A DNA stretch of 39,460 nt from a virus. This document shows positions 1-7,675 of the stretch, piece by piece (within the stretch, counting starts at the first letter, position 1; each line of letters begins with the position of its first letter). The stretch lies in UHGV virus genome UHGV-0212541. One strand, 5' to 3'. A program made the position numbers and the translations under genes. The notes under the pieces were generated by a model. The model made no database searches, was not told the DNA's origin, and was given only the letters and a program-made list of their open reading frames with translations.

Positions 1-348
1 ATGACAGCTTTTGACAGGCTTAAATCACTTTGTGATAGTCAAGGCATTTCAGTAAATGATTTAGAAGAAAAGCTAGAAATTGGTAAAAATTCACTTTATT
101 CTTGGAAAAAGAATATACCCAAAGGAACTAATTTAATAAAAGTTGCTGACTATTTCCATGTTTCAACAGATTACTTACTAGGTCGCACAGATGATCCCAA
201 CATAAGTGTTGCATCAGAGAAAAGAAAACTAACTGTTGAAGAAGCTTTAGCATCTGTAATGAGCAGTGACGGAAAACCACTCACCGATAATGATAGGCAG
301 ATACTTACCGAATTAATAGAAGCGTATATTGAAAAAAAATATAAGTAG
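1..348 (+). CDS. XRE-family HTH repressor (ImmR/CI-like), 115 aa
   Basis: HTH-like N-terminus (GISVNDLEEKLEIGKNSLYSWKK); short, with no S24 peptidase domain; directly followed by an ImmA-like peptidase; ATG at window position 1; RBS supplied by the window end (GGAGG+9 nt) if circular. Confidence 0.8.
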   Translation: MTAFDRLKSLCDSQGISVNDLEEKLEIGKNSLYSWKKNIPKGTNLIKVADYFHVSTDYLLGRTDDPNISVASEKRKLTVEEALASVMSSDGKPLTDNDRQILTELIEAYIEKKYK

Positions 349-771
349 GTGAGTCGGTTGGACAGTCAAATTGAAATGATGCTTAATGAGCTAGGTGTCA
401 AGGTAGAAGAGCGTGAAAACCTTGATGCCGATGGCCATTATGTTGCTTGTATGAATACCATAGTAATAAAAGCTAATTTATCTAAGTATAGAAGACAAAG
501 AACCTTATTACATGAATTAGGACACGCTTCTAAACATCATGATAATTATTTTTTATATAACTTAGCATTCTCTCTACATTCAAAAATGGAATATGAGGCT
601 GATCGCTTCATGATTGAAAAATTATTAGATAGATATATTGCAAAGTCTGAATTAGAACCACACAATATCAATTACATGAAATTTATAGAAGATAATAATT
701 TAAGCGTTCGCTTCGAACCACTTGTGAAAGAATTATTAAAAGCTCGCATCTATTGTTATGCAGCCCTCTAA
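349..771 (+). CDS. ImmA/IrrE-family zinc metallopeptidase (anti-repressor protease)
   Basis: HEXXH motif (LLHELGHASKHH); classic position immediately downstream of the XRE repressor; start codon uncertain (GTG 349 or ATG ~376). Confidence 0.75.
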   Translation: MSRLDSQIEMMLNELGVKVEERENLDADGHYVACMNTIVIKANLSKYRRQRTLLHELGHASKHHDNYFLYNLAFSLHSKMEYEADRFMIEKLLDRYIAKSELEPHNINYMKFIEDNNLSVRFEPLVKELLKARIYCYAAL

Positions 772-824
772 AATTTTTTAAGCAAAAAAAGAACATACGT
801 TCAAAAATAGAAAGGTGAACAAAA

Positions 825-1136
825 ATGATATATACAGAATTCAAAGAATGGTTAGAAAAAAACACAATCGGATACGAAACATTTATCATCAAAGCTACTA
901 ATTATCAAATTGAAAAAAACAAAAATAGACCCCCAAAAAAACGCTGGGATGATAAGAAAATAGATAAAGCTGTATTAGAAATGTGGAAACAAGTCGTGAC
1001 TAACTTGTATCAAACAATTCGTAAAGAAAAAGGAGTTCCATTAATTAACGGGAAGGAAATATGGCTTGAATTTATAGAGGAACAAGGACTGATCGAATTT
1101 TTCAATGATAGCATGGCAGAATTAGAATTTGAATAG
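825..1136 (+). CDS. hypothetical protein, 103 aa, between ImmA and integrase
   Basis: ORF with AGGTG-like RBS (aaaggtgaacaaaaATG); no recognisable motif. Confidence 0.5.
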   Translation: MIYTEFKEWLEKNTIGYETFIIKATNYQIEKNKNRPPKKRWDDKKIDKAVLEMWKQVVTNLYQTIRKEKGVPLINGKEIWLEFIEEQGLIEFFNDSMAELEFE

Positions 1137-1147
1137 GGGTAATATTG

Positions 1148-2296
1148 ATGGCAATGATAAAACAATATAAAAAGAAAAATGGCGAAAAAGCATGGTACTT
1201 TAAAACTTATCTCGGTATTGATCCGCTAACAGGAAAGAAAAAATATACTACTAAAAGAGGATTTAGGACACAAAAAGAAGCAAAAACAGCACTTTCTAGG
1301 TTAGAACTAGAATTACAAAAAACAGGAATGCCCACAAGTACAAATACTACTTTCAAAGAAGCAGCAGAATTATGGCTAGAAAGCTATAAAAAAACTGTAA
1401 AAGAAAGTTCATATTCAAGGACTAAAATAATCTTTAACAAACATATATATCCCAAATTTGGAAATATTAAGCTTTCTAAAATTAATACGGCATATTGTCA
1501 AAAGGTAGTAAATGATTGGAGTGAAAAAGGAACTTCAAAGCAATACCCTCTTTTCATCAACTATATGAACAAAGTTTTTAAGTATGCTATAAATATTGGT
1601 TTAACATCTGATAATCCAACATTAAATTTAATTATTCCAAAGCCACAAATTAAAACAGAAAAGAAATTAAAATTATACACAAAAGAACAGTTGGAATCAT
1701 TTCTAAATGAAGTATCTCAAGAACAGAATCCATATTTTAAAAACAGAGACTATACGCTCTTTAGACTATTAGCATTCAGCGGATGTAGAATCGGCGAAAT
1801 ATTAGCACTCACTTGGGACAATATTAATTTTAAAACAAATGAAATGGCCATTAAAAAAACTGTAGCTCGTTCAGACAAATATTATATATCTGAAACTCCT
1901 AAAACCAAAAAATCAAATCGAATAATTTATTTGGATGAAAAAACTATAAAGCAACTAAAATTTTGGAAGCTCGAACAAAGAAAGTACTTATTTCAATTAG
2001 GATTTACCAAAGCTAATTTTTTGTTTACCAATGACGAAAATAATTTCACAATTAATCAAGCAGTGGCAGAGAGATACAATATATATCGTCAGCGTGCCGG
2101 CTTACCTTATATCGGTCTACATGGTTTTAGACATACACATGCATCAATGCTATATGAGGCTGGTGCAGATCACAAAGAAGTTCAAGAAAGAATGGGCCAT
2201 GCAAATATAAAAACTACTATGGACACATATACACACATTACTAACAGCAAAAAAGAAGAAACAACACAAAAACTAACAAATTATATTAACTTCTAA
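1148..2296 (+). CDS. int: tyrosine site-specific integrase (phage integrase family)
   Basis: C-terminal catalytic signature HGFRHTHASMLYEAGADHKEVQERMGHANIKTTMDTYTH (R..HxxR..Y); N-terminal SAM-like/core-binding region; alternative TTG start at 1145. Confidence 0.95.
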   Translation: MAMIKQYKKKNGEKAWYFKTYLGIDPLTGKKKYTTKRGFRTQKEAKTALSRLELELQKTGMPTSTNTTFKEAAELWLESYKKTVKESSYSRTKIIFNKHIYPKFGNIKLSKINTAYCQKVVNDWSEKGTSKQYPLFINYMNKVFKYAINIGLTSDNPTLNLIIPKPQIKTEKKLKLYTKEQLESFLNEVSQEQNPYFKNRDYTLFRLLAFSGCRIGEILALTWDNINFKTNEMAIKKTVARSDKYYISETPKTKKSNRIIYLDEKTIKQLKFWKLEQRKYLFQLGFTKANFLFTNDENNFTINQAVAERYNIYRQRAGLPYIGLHGFRHTHASMLYEAGADHKEVQERMGHANIKTTMDTYTHITNSKKEETTQKLTNYINF

Positions 2297-2298
2297 GA

Positions 2299-2322
2299 AA
2301 GTATGGTCAAAAGTATGGTCAA
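2299..2322. repeat. tandem direct repeat, 2x AAGTATGGTCAA (12-bp period), immediately 3' of int
   Basis: read directly: gtatggtcaa at 2301-2310 and 2313-2322. Confidence 0.8.
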
Positions 2323-2525
2323 AAAAGATCCTATAATTAACAAAAAAACTCCATCCCTTGTCACACAAGAGATAGAGCAGTTTATTTATTAAGCTTCTTG
2401 AGCTACTGGATAAACAGACACTTCAAATGTACTGTTTCCTGATAAGCTCTCAATACTTCTGAACCCATGATATTAGTGCTTTTCTTCTATTATTAAATAT
2501 CTTGGAATTTTCTATTCTTTCTAAA

Positions 2526-2547
2526 AAGTATGGTCAAAGTATGGTCA
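2526..2547. repeat. second tandem pair of GTATGGTCA(A), 11-bp period, overlapping a TGaTAGAAT extended -10-like element for the downstream gene
   Basis: gtatggtcaa 2528-2537 and gtatggtca 2539-2547; same 9-mer as 2301-2322, about 225 bp away. Confidence 0.8.
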
Positions 2548-2600
2548 CTATTGATAGAATATTAATAGTAGTAGAAAGCTGATACCTAGGAGGAACTAAT

Positions 2601-3395
2601 GTGAGTAAACAATGTGCAAAGTGCGGAAGTAAAATTGGCTTAACTTCATATAAAATCAAAGATAAACAAATTGTTTGCGGCAATTGTATGAAAAAAGCTG
2701 GTTACGGTATGACTACTCCTTATAAAATAATAAGATCTTTGAATTTAGAAGATTTAGATAAGGATTCATCAGAAAAAAGAAAATTAAACATATCTGATTA
2801 TACTACACAAAACAATCATGATATAGGTAATGATAGAATGAGAACTACTGAAGAGATGGTAGAATTTTGTCTTAAATACGGCTACGGTAAAGGAATGACT
2901 AAAAAATGGACAACTCATCATTTTAACTTAATATCAGATCAACTTAACAGTGACGAATACGTAATCTTCTGCTTTGTAGGATTGCATAACTATATCTCGT
3001 CAACTAAACATGACAATAATTATGCCTACGCATTAACTAATAAACGTTTAATTGTAGCTCAACAAAAAATGATAGGCAATAATGTACAAAGTATTATATT
3101 AGACAATTTAAATAATATTAGTAAAAAAAGGGGAATACTGTTGGGGACATTAACTATTGATACTCTTGGTAAAGTATTGAATGTTGCAGTTGATAAAGAT
3201 ACTGTTGATAGGATAAGTGATTCTTTAAACGAAATTATTTATAATTTAAAAAGAAGAAATATTTCTGCTACAAATTCCAATACATCAACAATTTCCTCAG
3301 CTTCAGAAATAAGAAAATATAAAGAACTATTGGATGACGGAATCATTACAGAAGAAGAATTTAATAAAAAGAAACAAGAATTATTAGATTTATAA
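2601..3395 (+). CDS. zinc-ribbon / bacterial PH-like / SHOCT-domain protein, 264 aa, function unknown
   Basis: N-terminal CxxC..CxxC (CAKCGSK...VCGNC); C-terminal SHOCT-like tail (EIRKYKELLDDGIITEEEFNKKKQELLDL); GTG start with GGAGG RBS 8 nt upstream. Confidence 0.65.
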   Translation: MSKQCAKCGSKIGLTSYKIKDKQIVCGNCMKKAGYGMTTPYKIIRSLNLEDLDKDSSEKRKLNISDYTTQNNHDIGNDRMRTTEEMVEFCLKYGYGKGMTKKWTTHHFNLISDQLNSDEYVIFCFVGLHNYISSTKHDNNYAYALTNKRLIVAQQKMIGNNVQSIILDNLNNISKKRGILLGTLTIDTLGKVLNVAVDKDTVDRISDSLNEIIYNLKRRNISATNSNTSTISSASEIRKYKELLDDGIITEEEFNKKKQELLDL

Positions 3396-3479
3396 TATCT
3401 ATCAAAAAAGATGAGCATTTAATTTAGCTCATCTTTTTCTATTTACAACACAAACATTTGTTCGTATACTCTTTTTGAG

Positions 3480-3791
3480 GTGAACATTATGTTGATGGAA
3501 GGAAAAACACAATTATGGTTTAAATTTGATCCTTCGAATAGATTTGTCAAAGATTTTTATAAGGTGTGGGATTCAGAAGTTTTCTTTTTAGCAATCGAAG
3601 ATAGCTTATTAATCAATCTCTACTATTCTAATAAGAACTACTTTAAAATTCCTGCTGCGAAAACGAGAATGAAGAAGGATGTATACTTTTTGTTTGATGT
3701 GGTGACTGACGTGCCGGACGATCGAAGCGATCATCGGTGTTATGACTATATAAAGTATACTTTCGTTGATCCAGAAAGGTATAAAGATTAA
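3480..3791 (+). CDS. hypothetical protein, 103 aa
   Basis: ORF downstream of 2601-3395 on the same strand; no recognised motif; start uncertain. Confidence 0.45.
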   Translation: MNIMLMEGKTQLWFKFDPSNRFVKDFYKVWDSEVFFLAIEDSLLINLYYSNKNYFKIPAAKTRMKKDVYFLFDVVTDVPDDRSDHRCYDYIKYTFVDPERYKD

Positions 3792-3795
3792 AGTA

Positions 3796-3815
3796 GGCTA
3801 CCTAAAAAGGTAGCC
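3796..3815 (+). terminator. stem-loop (GGCTACC-taaaaa-GGTAGCC) after the 3480-3791 ORF; weak terminator, no clean U-run
   Basis: inverted repeat read directly. Confidence 0.4.
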
Positions 3816-4020
3816 CGGAACGGATTTTATCACCATACTTATGAAAGGAGATATTTTTAAGTTGGTATTAAGATTGTGTAATATGATGATATCTATATTT
3901 TATAGTATCAGTGCTATAAAATCAAAAATAAGTCACTAATTAACTACCACTCCAATTGTAAGCCTTTTTTCTCACTTTTTTTCAAAAATATGGTATGCTT
4001 TTTAATGGCTTCAAATATAA

Positions 4021-4081
4021 AAGAGTTTAAAGCGTAACACACTTATGGGGGAGTGGTTTTTGGGGAACGCTTTAAACTCTT
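4021..4081. repeat. perfect 14-bp inverted repeat (AAGAGTTTAAAGCG ... CGCTTTAAACTCTT) around a 33-nt G-rich loop; candidate sRNA or terminator hairpin
   Basis: read directly; followed by a T-rich stretch (CTTTATTATTAT). Confidence 0.6.
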
Positions 4082-4204
4082 CTTTATTATTATCTCACAA
4101 TATAACCCGAATGTCTTTCTATTTAAAAATCAAAGTAAAACTTTTCAAATATACAGAAGTATAACTATGTGAAACATCCTTTCATTAATCCATAAAAGGA
4201 TACA

Positions 4205-4229
4205 TAAAAAAGCCACTCATTTGAGTGGC
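4205..4229 (-). terminator. rho-independent terminator on the minus strand (GCCACTCA-ttt-GAGTGGC plus U-run), about 75 nt 3' of the tRNA-like segment
   Basis: 8-bp stem followed on the minus strand by TTTTTT (plus-strand AAAAAA 4206-4211). Confidence 0.7.
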
Positions 4230-4304
4230 AATGAAGAAAAGCTTTAGCTTGTATAATACTCTTCAAAAAATTCTAACACAGAACGATTCAATTGGCTACA
4301 TTAA

Positions 4305-4346
4305 TGTACCCTGTAGGACTCGAGCCTACGACCTACGCGTTACGAG
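4305..4346 (-). other. partial tRNA-like segment: anticodon loop (CU-CGU-AA), variable loop, T-arm (GTAGG-CTCGAGT-CCTAC), acceptor 3' strand (AGGGTAC) and discriminator A; 5' half absent. Candidate att core or relic
   Basis: minus-strand read CTCGTAACGCGTAGGTCGTAGGCTCGAGTCCTACAGGGTACA folds as tRNA positions 32-73 with anticodon CGU (Thr); no matching 5' acceptor strand nearby. Confidence 0.6.
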
Positions 4347-4448
4347 TTAGATTCTATAATATATTTAACGATTAAAAACGAACAAGAGTATTGTTTTTAT
4401 AAGGTTTTATCTTTTAAATGATAACTAGTGAAACTAGCTGAAATAAAA

Positions 4449-4469
4449 TTCTGCCACCTTTTCTGCCAC
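4449..4469. repeat. tandem direct repeat, 2x TTCTGCCAC (12-bp period), about 100 bp from the tRNA-like segment; possible integrase arm-type or regulator site
   Basis: read directly. Confidence 0.6.
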
Positions 4470-4686
4470 TAAAATTACCAAAAAGATTTGTTATCTAACA
4501 ATAAGACAGTTCTATCTACCAAATAAAACTATGTATGCCCCCTCAAATAAATGAGTGGGCTATTTTTTATAACGTCAAATAGAACAGATGGTCGAGGAAC
4601 GGAAAAAATAATTAAATAATTTGATTATTTTTTCAAAATGCTTTACTAAAGTCTATTTCCATTGATATACTGTAAGAGAGCAAAAT

Positions 4687-4726
4687 TTGACTTTCATTAT
4701 TTTATGAAGTACAATGTGAAAGTTTC
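4687..4726 (+). promoter_or_regulatory. sigma70-like promoter TTGACT-17-TACAAT with palindrome TGAAAgTTTCA over the predicted +1 (candidate auto-operator) for the two-gene moron
   Basis: -35 at 4687-4692, -10 at 4710-4715, palindrome 4716-4726; strong RBS AGGAGG before ATG 4761. Confidence 0.6.
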
Positions 4727-4760
4727 AAACTAAATATAGTCCATTTAGGAGGTCATAAAA

Positions 4761-4940
4761 ATGCGTCTAAATTTAGAGCAGAATCCATCCATTTTTGTTG
4801 CAAATTCTACAGAAATGAAGAGAATTACTTCAGTCGCATCAAATAAAAAGAAAACATTTCTATCAGAAAAAGATTACAATAAAAGTGTAGAATCTGCAAA
4901 AAAAGCTTTTAATAATCTAGCATTTGAATTATCACGATGA
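4761..4940 (+). CDS. 59-aa small protein, candidate antitoxin/partner of the downstream GNAT (below the 60-aa ORF-track cutoff)
   Basis: ATG 4761 with AGGAGG 8 nt upstream; stop TGA overlaps the GNAT ATG (ATGA at 4937-4940); lysine-rich; N-terminal MRLNLE weakly recalls the RHH/DUF1778 antitoxin beta-strand. Confidence 0.5.
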   Translation: MRLNLEQNPSIFVANSTEMKRITSVASNKKKTFLSEKDYNKSVESAKKAFNNLAFELSR

Positions 4941-5512
4941 CAATTAAGAGCTGTGCATACAATGCATATATAGACACACAAAAAATAAAGGGTTTTTATT
5001 GTGAAAATGAACGTATCAACAAATTTTTTCATGAAGAAGCCGAAGAATTAGAAAAATGTGGTGCTGGAAATACAATAATCTATTATGAAGATTCAACTGG
5101 TGAAATATTCGGATTTTACACCCTATCGCTTCGTCCTTTAAATATTACAGAGCTAAAAAAGTATGATAGATTTAATAAAAAATTCTTAAGTGACTTTGCT
5201 AATTCATTCGAAATAGAAGAATTCCCTGCTCTCGAAATTATGAGATTGGGAGTAAGTTATGATCATAGACTTAAACGTATAGGCGCTTCTATAATTTATG
5301 ATATTTATAAGCAAGTTATTGAATTGCAAATTTACTATAATCTGCCAATAAACGTTATCTTTATAGAAGCTTTATATGAAGTTACTGAATTTTATGAGAA
5401 ACTAGGGTTTGAGTTCATTAAATATTCTGATGAAGAACATCGTCTCGAAAAATATCCTATGTTGATCAACACAAAAAAAATAATTGACATCGTATATCCA
5501 GAATCAAAATAA
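4937..5512 (+). CDS. GNAT-family N-acetyltransferase, 191 aa (candidate GNAT-type toxin or other acyltransferase)
   Basis: motif A-like IMRLGVSYDHRLKRIGASIIYDIY and motif B-like FIEALYEVTEFYEKLGFEF; translationally coupled to the upstream 59-aa ORF. Confidence 0.75.
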   Translation: MTIKSCAYNAYIDTQKIKGFYCENERINKFFHEEAEELEKCGAGNTIIYYEDSTGEIFGFYTLSLRPLNITELKKYDRFNKKFLSDFANSFEIEEFPALEIMRLGVSYDHRLKRIGASIIYDIYKQVIELQIYYNLPINVIFIEALYEVTEFYEKLGFEFIKYSDEEHRLEKYPMLINTKKIIDIVYPESK

Positions 5513-5524
5513 TTTCTATGTAAT

Positions 5525-5549
5525 GCCCCTCAACGAGGGGCTATTTTTT
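5525..5549 (+). terminator. rho-independent terminator (GCCCCTC-aac-GAGGGGC plus TTTTTT) ending the GNAT operon; abuts the convergent lysin stop
   Basis: 8-bp GC stem with a 6-T run. Confidence 0.8.
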
Positions 5550-6567
5550 ATCGTTTCGGAATATTTAAATACCAGCGTTTATCATGAAAATCTTGTGCTC
5601 CGCCTTTAGTGTTCCCTTCTGGATCATTCGTTGCACGCATCATGACATAGACTTTCTTATTAGGGAAGTTGCGCATATTGAAAGATACATGATAACCAAC
5701 ATTTCCAGAAGTATTATAAGCTTGATTTACATCTGGTCTATAAATTCCATCAGCTCTTACTCGAGCTAATTCTTTCCCAGTATTGTAATCCATAATGAAA
5801 ATATACTCGTATTTATAGTTAGCAATGTGCCATCCAGCTACATGCAAGTTTGCGTTTTCGATTTCTCCGAACTGATCAATGTGGGCGTAATTTGTTCCAT
5901 CTGTTAGTGTAGGATTTGCAGCACCTGCTCTAGTTGGATCAATGACTGGTTTATCATCTGAAGTAGTTGGATTTTCATCGGTAAATCCATGAGCTAAATC
6001 ATATGCTAATTTTTCTTTACTTACGCCCATTTCAGAAAGATAACCGTAAGGATCTGTATGATCACCCCAAATATTTTGTGTTACCCATAAATGTGATTTG
6101 ATTCCTGGTTGGTTATAAGGAGTGTCTAATGTTAATGGAATACCATATTTCATTGCTGAATCTCTTGCCAATTCAACATATGCTTTATAGTTCTTTTCAA
6201 AAGTTGCTTTATCATGTGTGTGTTGTAACTCAATCTGCACAGGACTATTGGCATTAGCATATGAACCAGCACCATACTGTACATAACCAGGTTGTCCAAC
6301 TTGGTAAACAATTCCACCGTCTCCCACAATATAAGCAGTATAAGCACTAGTCCATGAACGTTGCATATATTGCGCTTCATTGCGTCCTGTTGCTGTTTCA
6401 TTAGCCGTTTCATGCAGTAAAATATACTGATTATTTGCTACTTGTGAGCTACCTTCATTTGCGCCCAAATTAAATTCATTGTTGATAGTATAGGCAAATC
6501 CGTTAATTGGCAATAAAAAAAGAGCCGTTAACAGGCTCATCGCAGTAATAGTAATTTTCTTTTTCAT
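5548..6567 (-). CDS. endolysin with N-terminal Sec signal peptide; N-acetylmuramoyl-L-alanine amidase-like catalytic region plus C-terminal wall-binding region
   Basis: MKKKITITAMSLLTALFLLPINGFA signal peptide; YILLHETANE...AYIVGDGG amidase_2-like segments; last gene of the lysis cassette, after the holin. Confidence 0.8.
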   Translation of the reverse strand: MKKKITITAMSLLTALFLLPINGFAYTINNEFNLGANEGSSQVANNQYILLHETANETATGRNEAQYMQRSWTSAYTAYIVGDGGIVYQVGQPGYVQYGAGSYANANSPVQIELQHTHDKATFEKNYKAYVELARDSAMKYGIPLTLDTPYNQPGIKSHLWVTQNIWGDHTDPYGYLSEMGVSKEKLAYDLAHGFTDENPTTSDDKPVIDPTRAGAANPTLTDGTNYAHIDQFGEIENANLHVAGWHIANYKYEYIFIMDYNTGKELARVRADGIYRPDVNQAYNTSGNVGYHVSFNMRNFPNKKVYVMMRATNDPEGNTKGGAQDFHDKRWYLNIPKR

Positions 6568-6577
6568 TTGTTTCCTC

Positions 6578-6775
6578 CTATTTTTTCAAATTATAAGCCG
6601 ACACGCCAGTGATAACGCCTAAAAATGTTGCTACTGCATTGATAGTGAGTACTGTCATATCTGTTCCATTCCATCCATATGCTTTCCCTAACGTTGCTAC
6701 TAATACAGATGCAGCTGGCAATACTGTTAAAACTGTCCATTTTATGACTTGATAATACTTATCGAGTAAAATCAT
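6578..6775 (-). CDS. holin, 65 aa, two TM segments
   Basis: small, two hydrophobic helices, charged C-terminus (NLKK); immediately upstream of the lysin. Confidence 0.75.
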   Translation of the reverse strand: MILLDKYYQVIKWTVLTVLPAASVLVATLGKAYGWNGTDMTVLTINAVATFLGVITGVSAYNLKK

Positions 6776-6797
6776 TTCTTCTTAACTCCTTTCTTTT

Positions 6798-7091
6798 TTA
6801 CCGAGATCTTTCTCTAAATAAAGTTTTAATTTGTTGCGTGTGTTCTACCAATTTTTCTGCATGTGTGTCTAACCTTTCATCATGTTTCTTTAGTTCTTCA
6901 TGAATAGTAATGCGATCAGATTTGCTTGCTTCTAAATCTTTAGTCAATAAATCTAAATTTCGGCTTACTTTTGAAAGAGTCTCAGTAATTTTCGAGAAAG
7001 ATGCAGTAATTGGTTTTATTACTAATAAAATCAAAGAAACAATAGCGGTTATTGATCCTGCTATCGCTCCCCATTCTCCTAAATTAATCAT
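6798..7091 (-). CDS. membrane-anchored coiled-coil lysis-associated protein (XhlA-like position; N-terminal TM)
   Basis: N-terminal TM (WGAIAGSITAIVSLILLVI) plus a coiled-coil tail; sits upstream of the holin as in PBSX-like cassettes; topology differs from B. subtilis XhlA, so the assignment is uncertain. Confidence 0.5.
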   Translation of the reverse strand: MINLGEWGAIAGSITAIVSLILLVIKPITASFSKITETLSKVSRNLDLLTKDLEASKSDRITIHEELKKHDERLDTHAEKLVEHTQQIKTLFRERSR

Positions 7092-7128
7092 GTGACAACT
7101 CCTTGAATCAAAATAAAAAGCACATCAA

Positions 7129-7266
7129 TTAAGATGCGCTTTCTTCATTATTAATAATTTTTCCTGCTTCTTCGTCTGTAATGCATAGTGGAACGAATTG
7201 TCGAACTTGGTCAGCAGTAAAACAATTCCAGTCATACATCATCTTGATATCATCATAAGAATACAT
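7129..7266 (-). CDS. XkdX-like small phage protein, 45 aa (below ORF-track cutoff)
   Basis: ATG with GGAGG RBS (GGAGGAAAATAATATG); MYSYDDIKMMYDWNCFTADQVRQFVPLCITDEEAGKI matches the XkdX pattern (Y..G.YT.EDV..FV..G.IT.EE). Confidence 0.5.
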   Translation of the reverse strand: MYSYDDIKMMYDWNCFTADQVRQFVPLCITDEEAGKIINNEESAS

Positions 7267-7267
7267 A

Positions 7268-7675
7268 TTATTTTCCTCCGTCAAGTTGTTCTTTGATAGT
7301 AGCAATATCTTTTGTGTTTTGAAGGGATGTCAGCATGGTTTTCGAATTAATTTCTGCTAGTCCTTCTGCTTTTGTAGTAAGCTCTTCATTTGCTTTTTTC
7401 AATGCAGCATTATCTACCTGTAAACCTATAGATAAATTTTCTAGTAGTTCTAATTTTTTTGAATAATCTTGTGTAACTGCTTCTTCCCACTTATTTTCAG
7501 TGAAGTTAAAAAATTGCGACTGTTGTCTTCTTCCGAAACCTTCATCCGTTTCATCTTCCTTCTTTTCAAACAAAATAGGTGGAACTTCGACAAATGGTAA
7601 AGATGTTGGAAAGTTATCTTCTACTTGATGTTCTTCATATCCCATTGGATACAATACTTTATAAATTGTTTTCAT
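7268..7675 (-). CDS. hypothetical phage protein (XkdW-like position), 135 aa
   Basis: ORF in the tail-fibre/lysis junction. Confidence 0.45.
   Translation of the reverse strand: MKTIYKVLYPMGYEEHQVEDNFPTSLPFVEVPPILFEKKEDETDEGFGRRQQSQFFNFTENKWEEAVTQDYSKKLELLENLSIGLQVDNAALKKANEELTTKAEGLAEINSKTMLTSLQNTKDIATIKEQLDGGK

Noticed and set aside
683-892. 69-aa minus-strand ORF overlapping the ImmA 3' end
   Set aside because: Antisense to the ImmA gene, AT-rich low-complexity, and no RBS.
4305-4346. A complete tRNA gene
   Set aside because: Only positions about 32-73 are present. There is no complementary 5' acceptor strand or D-arm upstream, so this is a partial segment and not a functional tRNA.
5584-6413. 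Plus- and minus-strand small ORFs (61 and 87 aa) inside the lysin gene
   Set aside because: They are shadow ORFs of the amidase gene.
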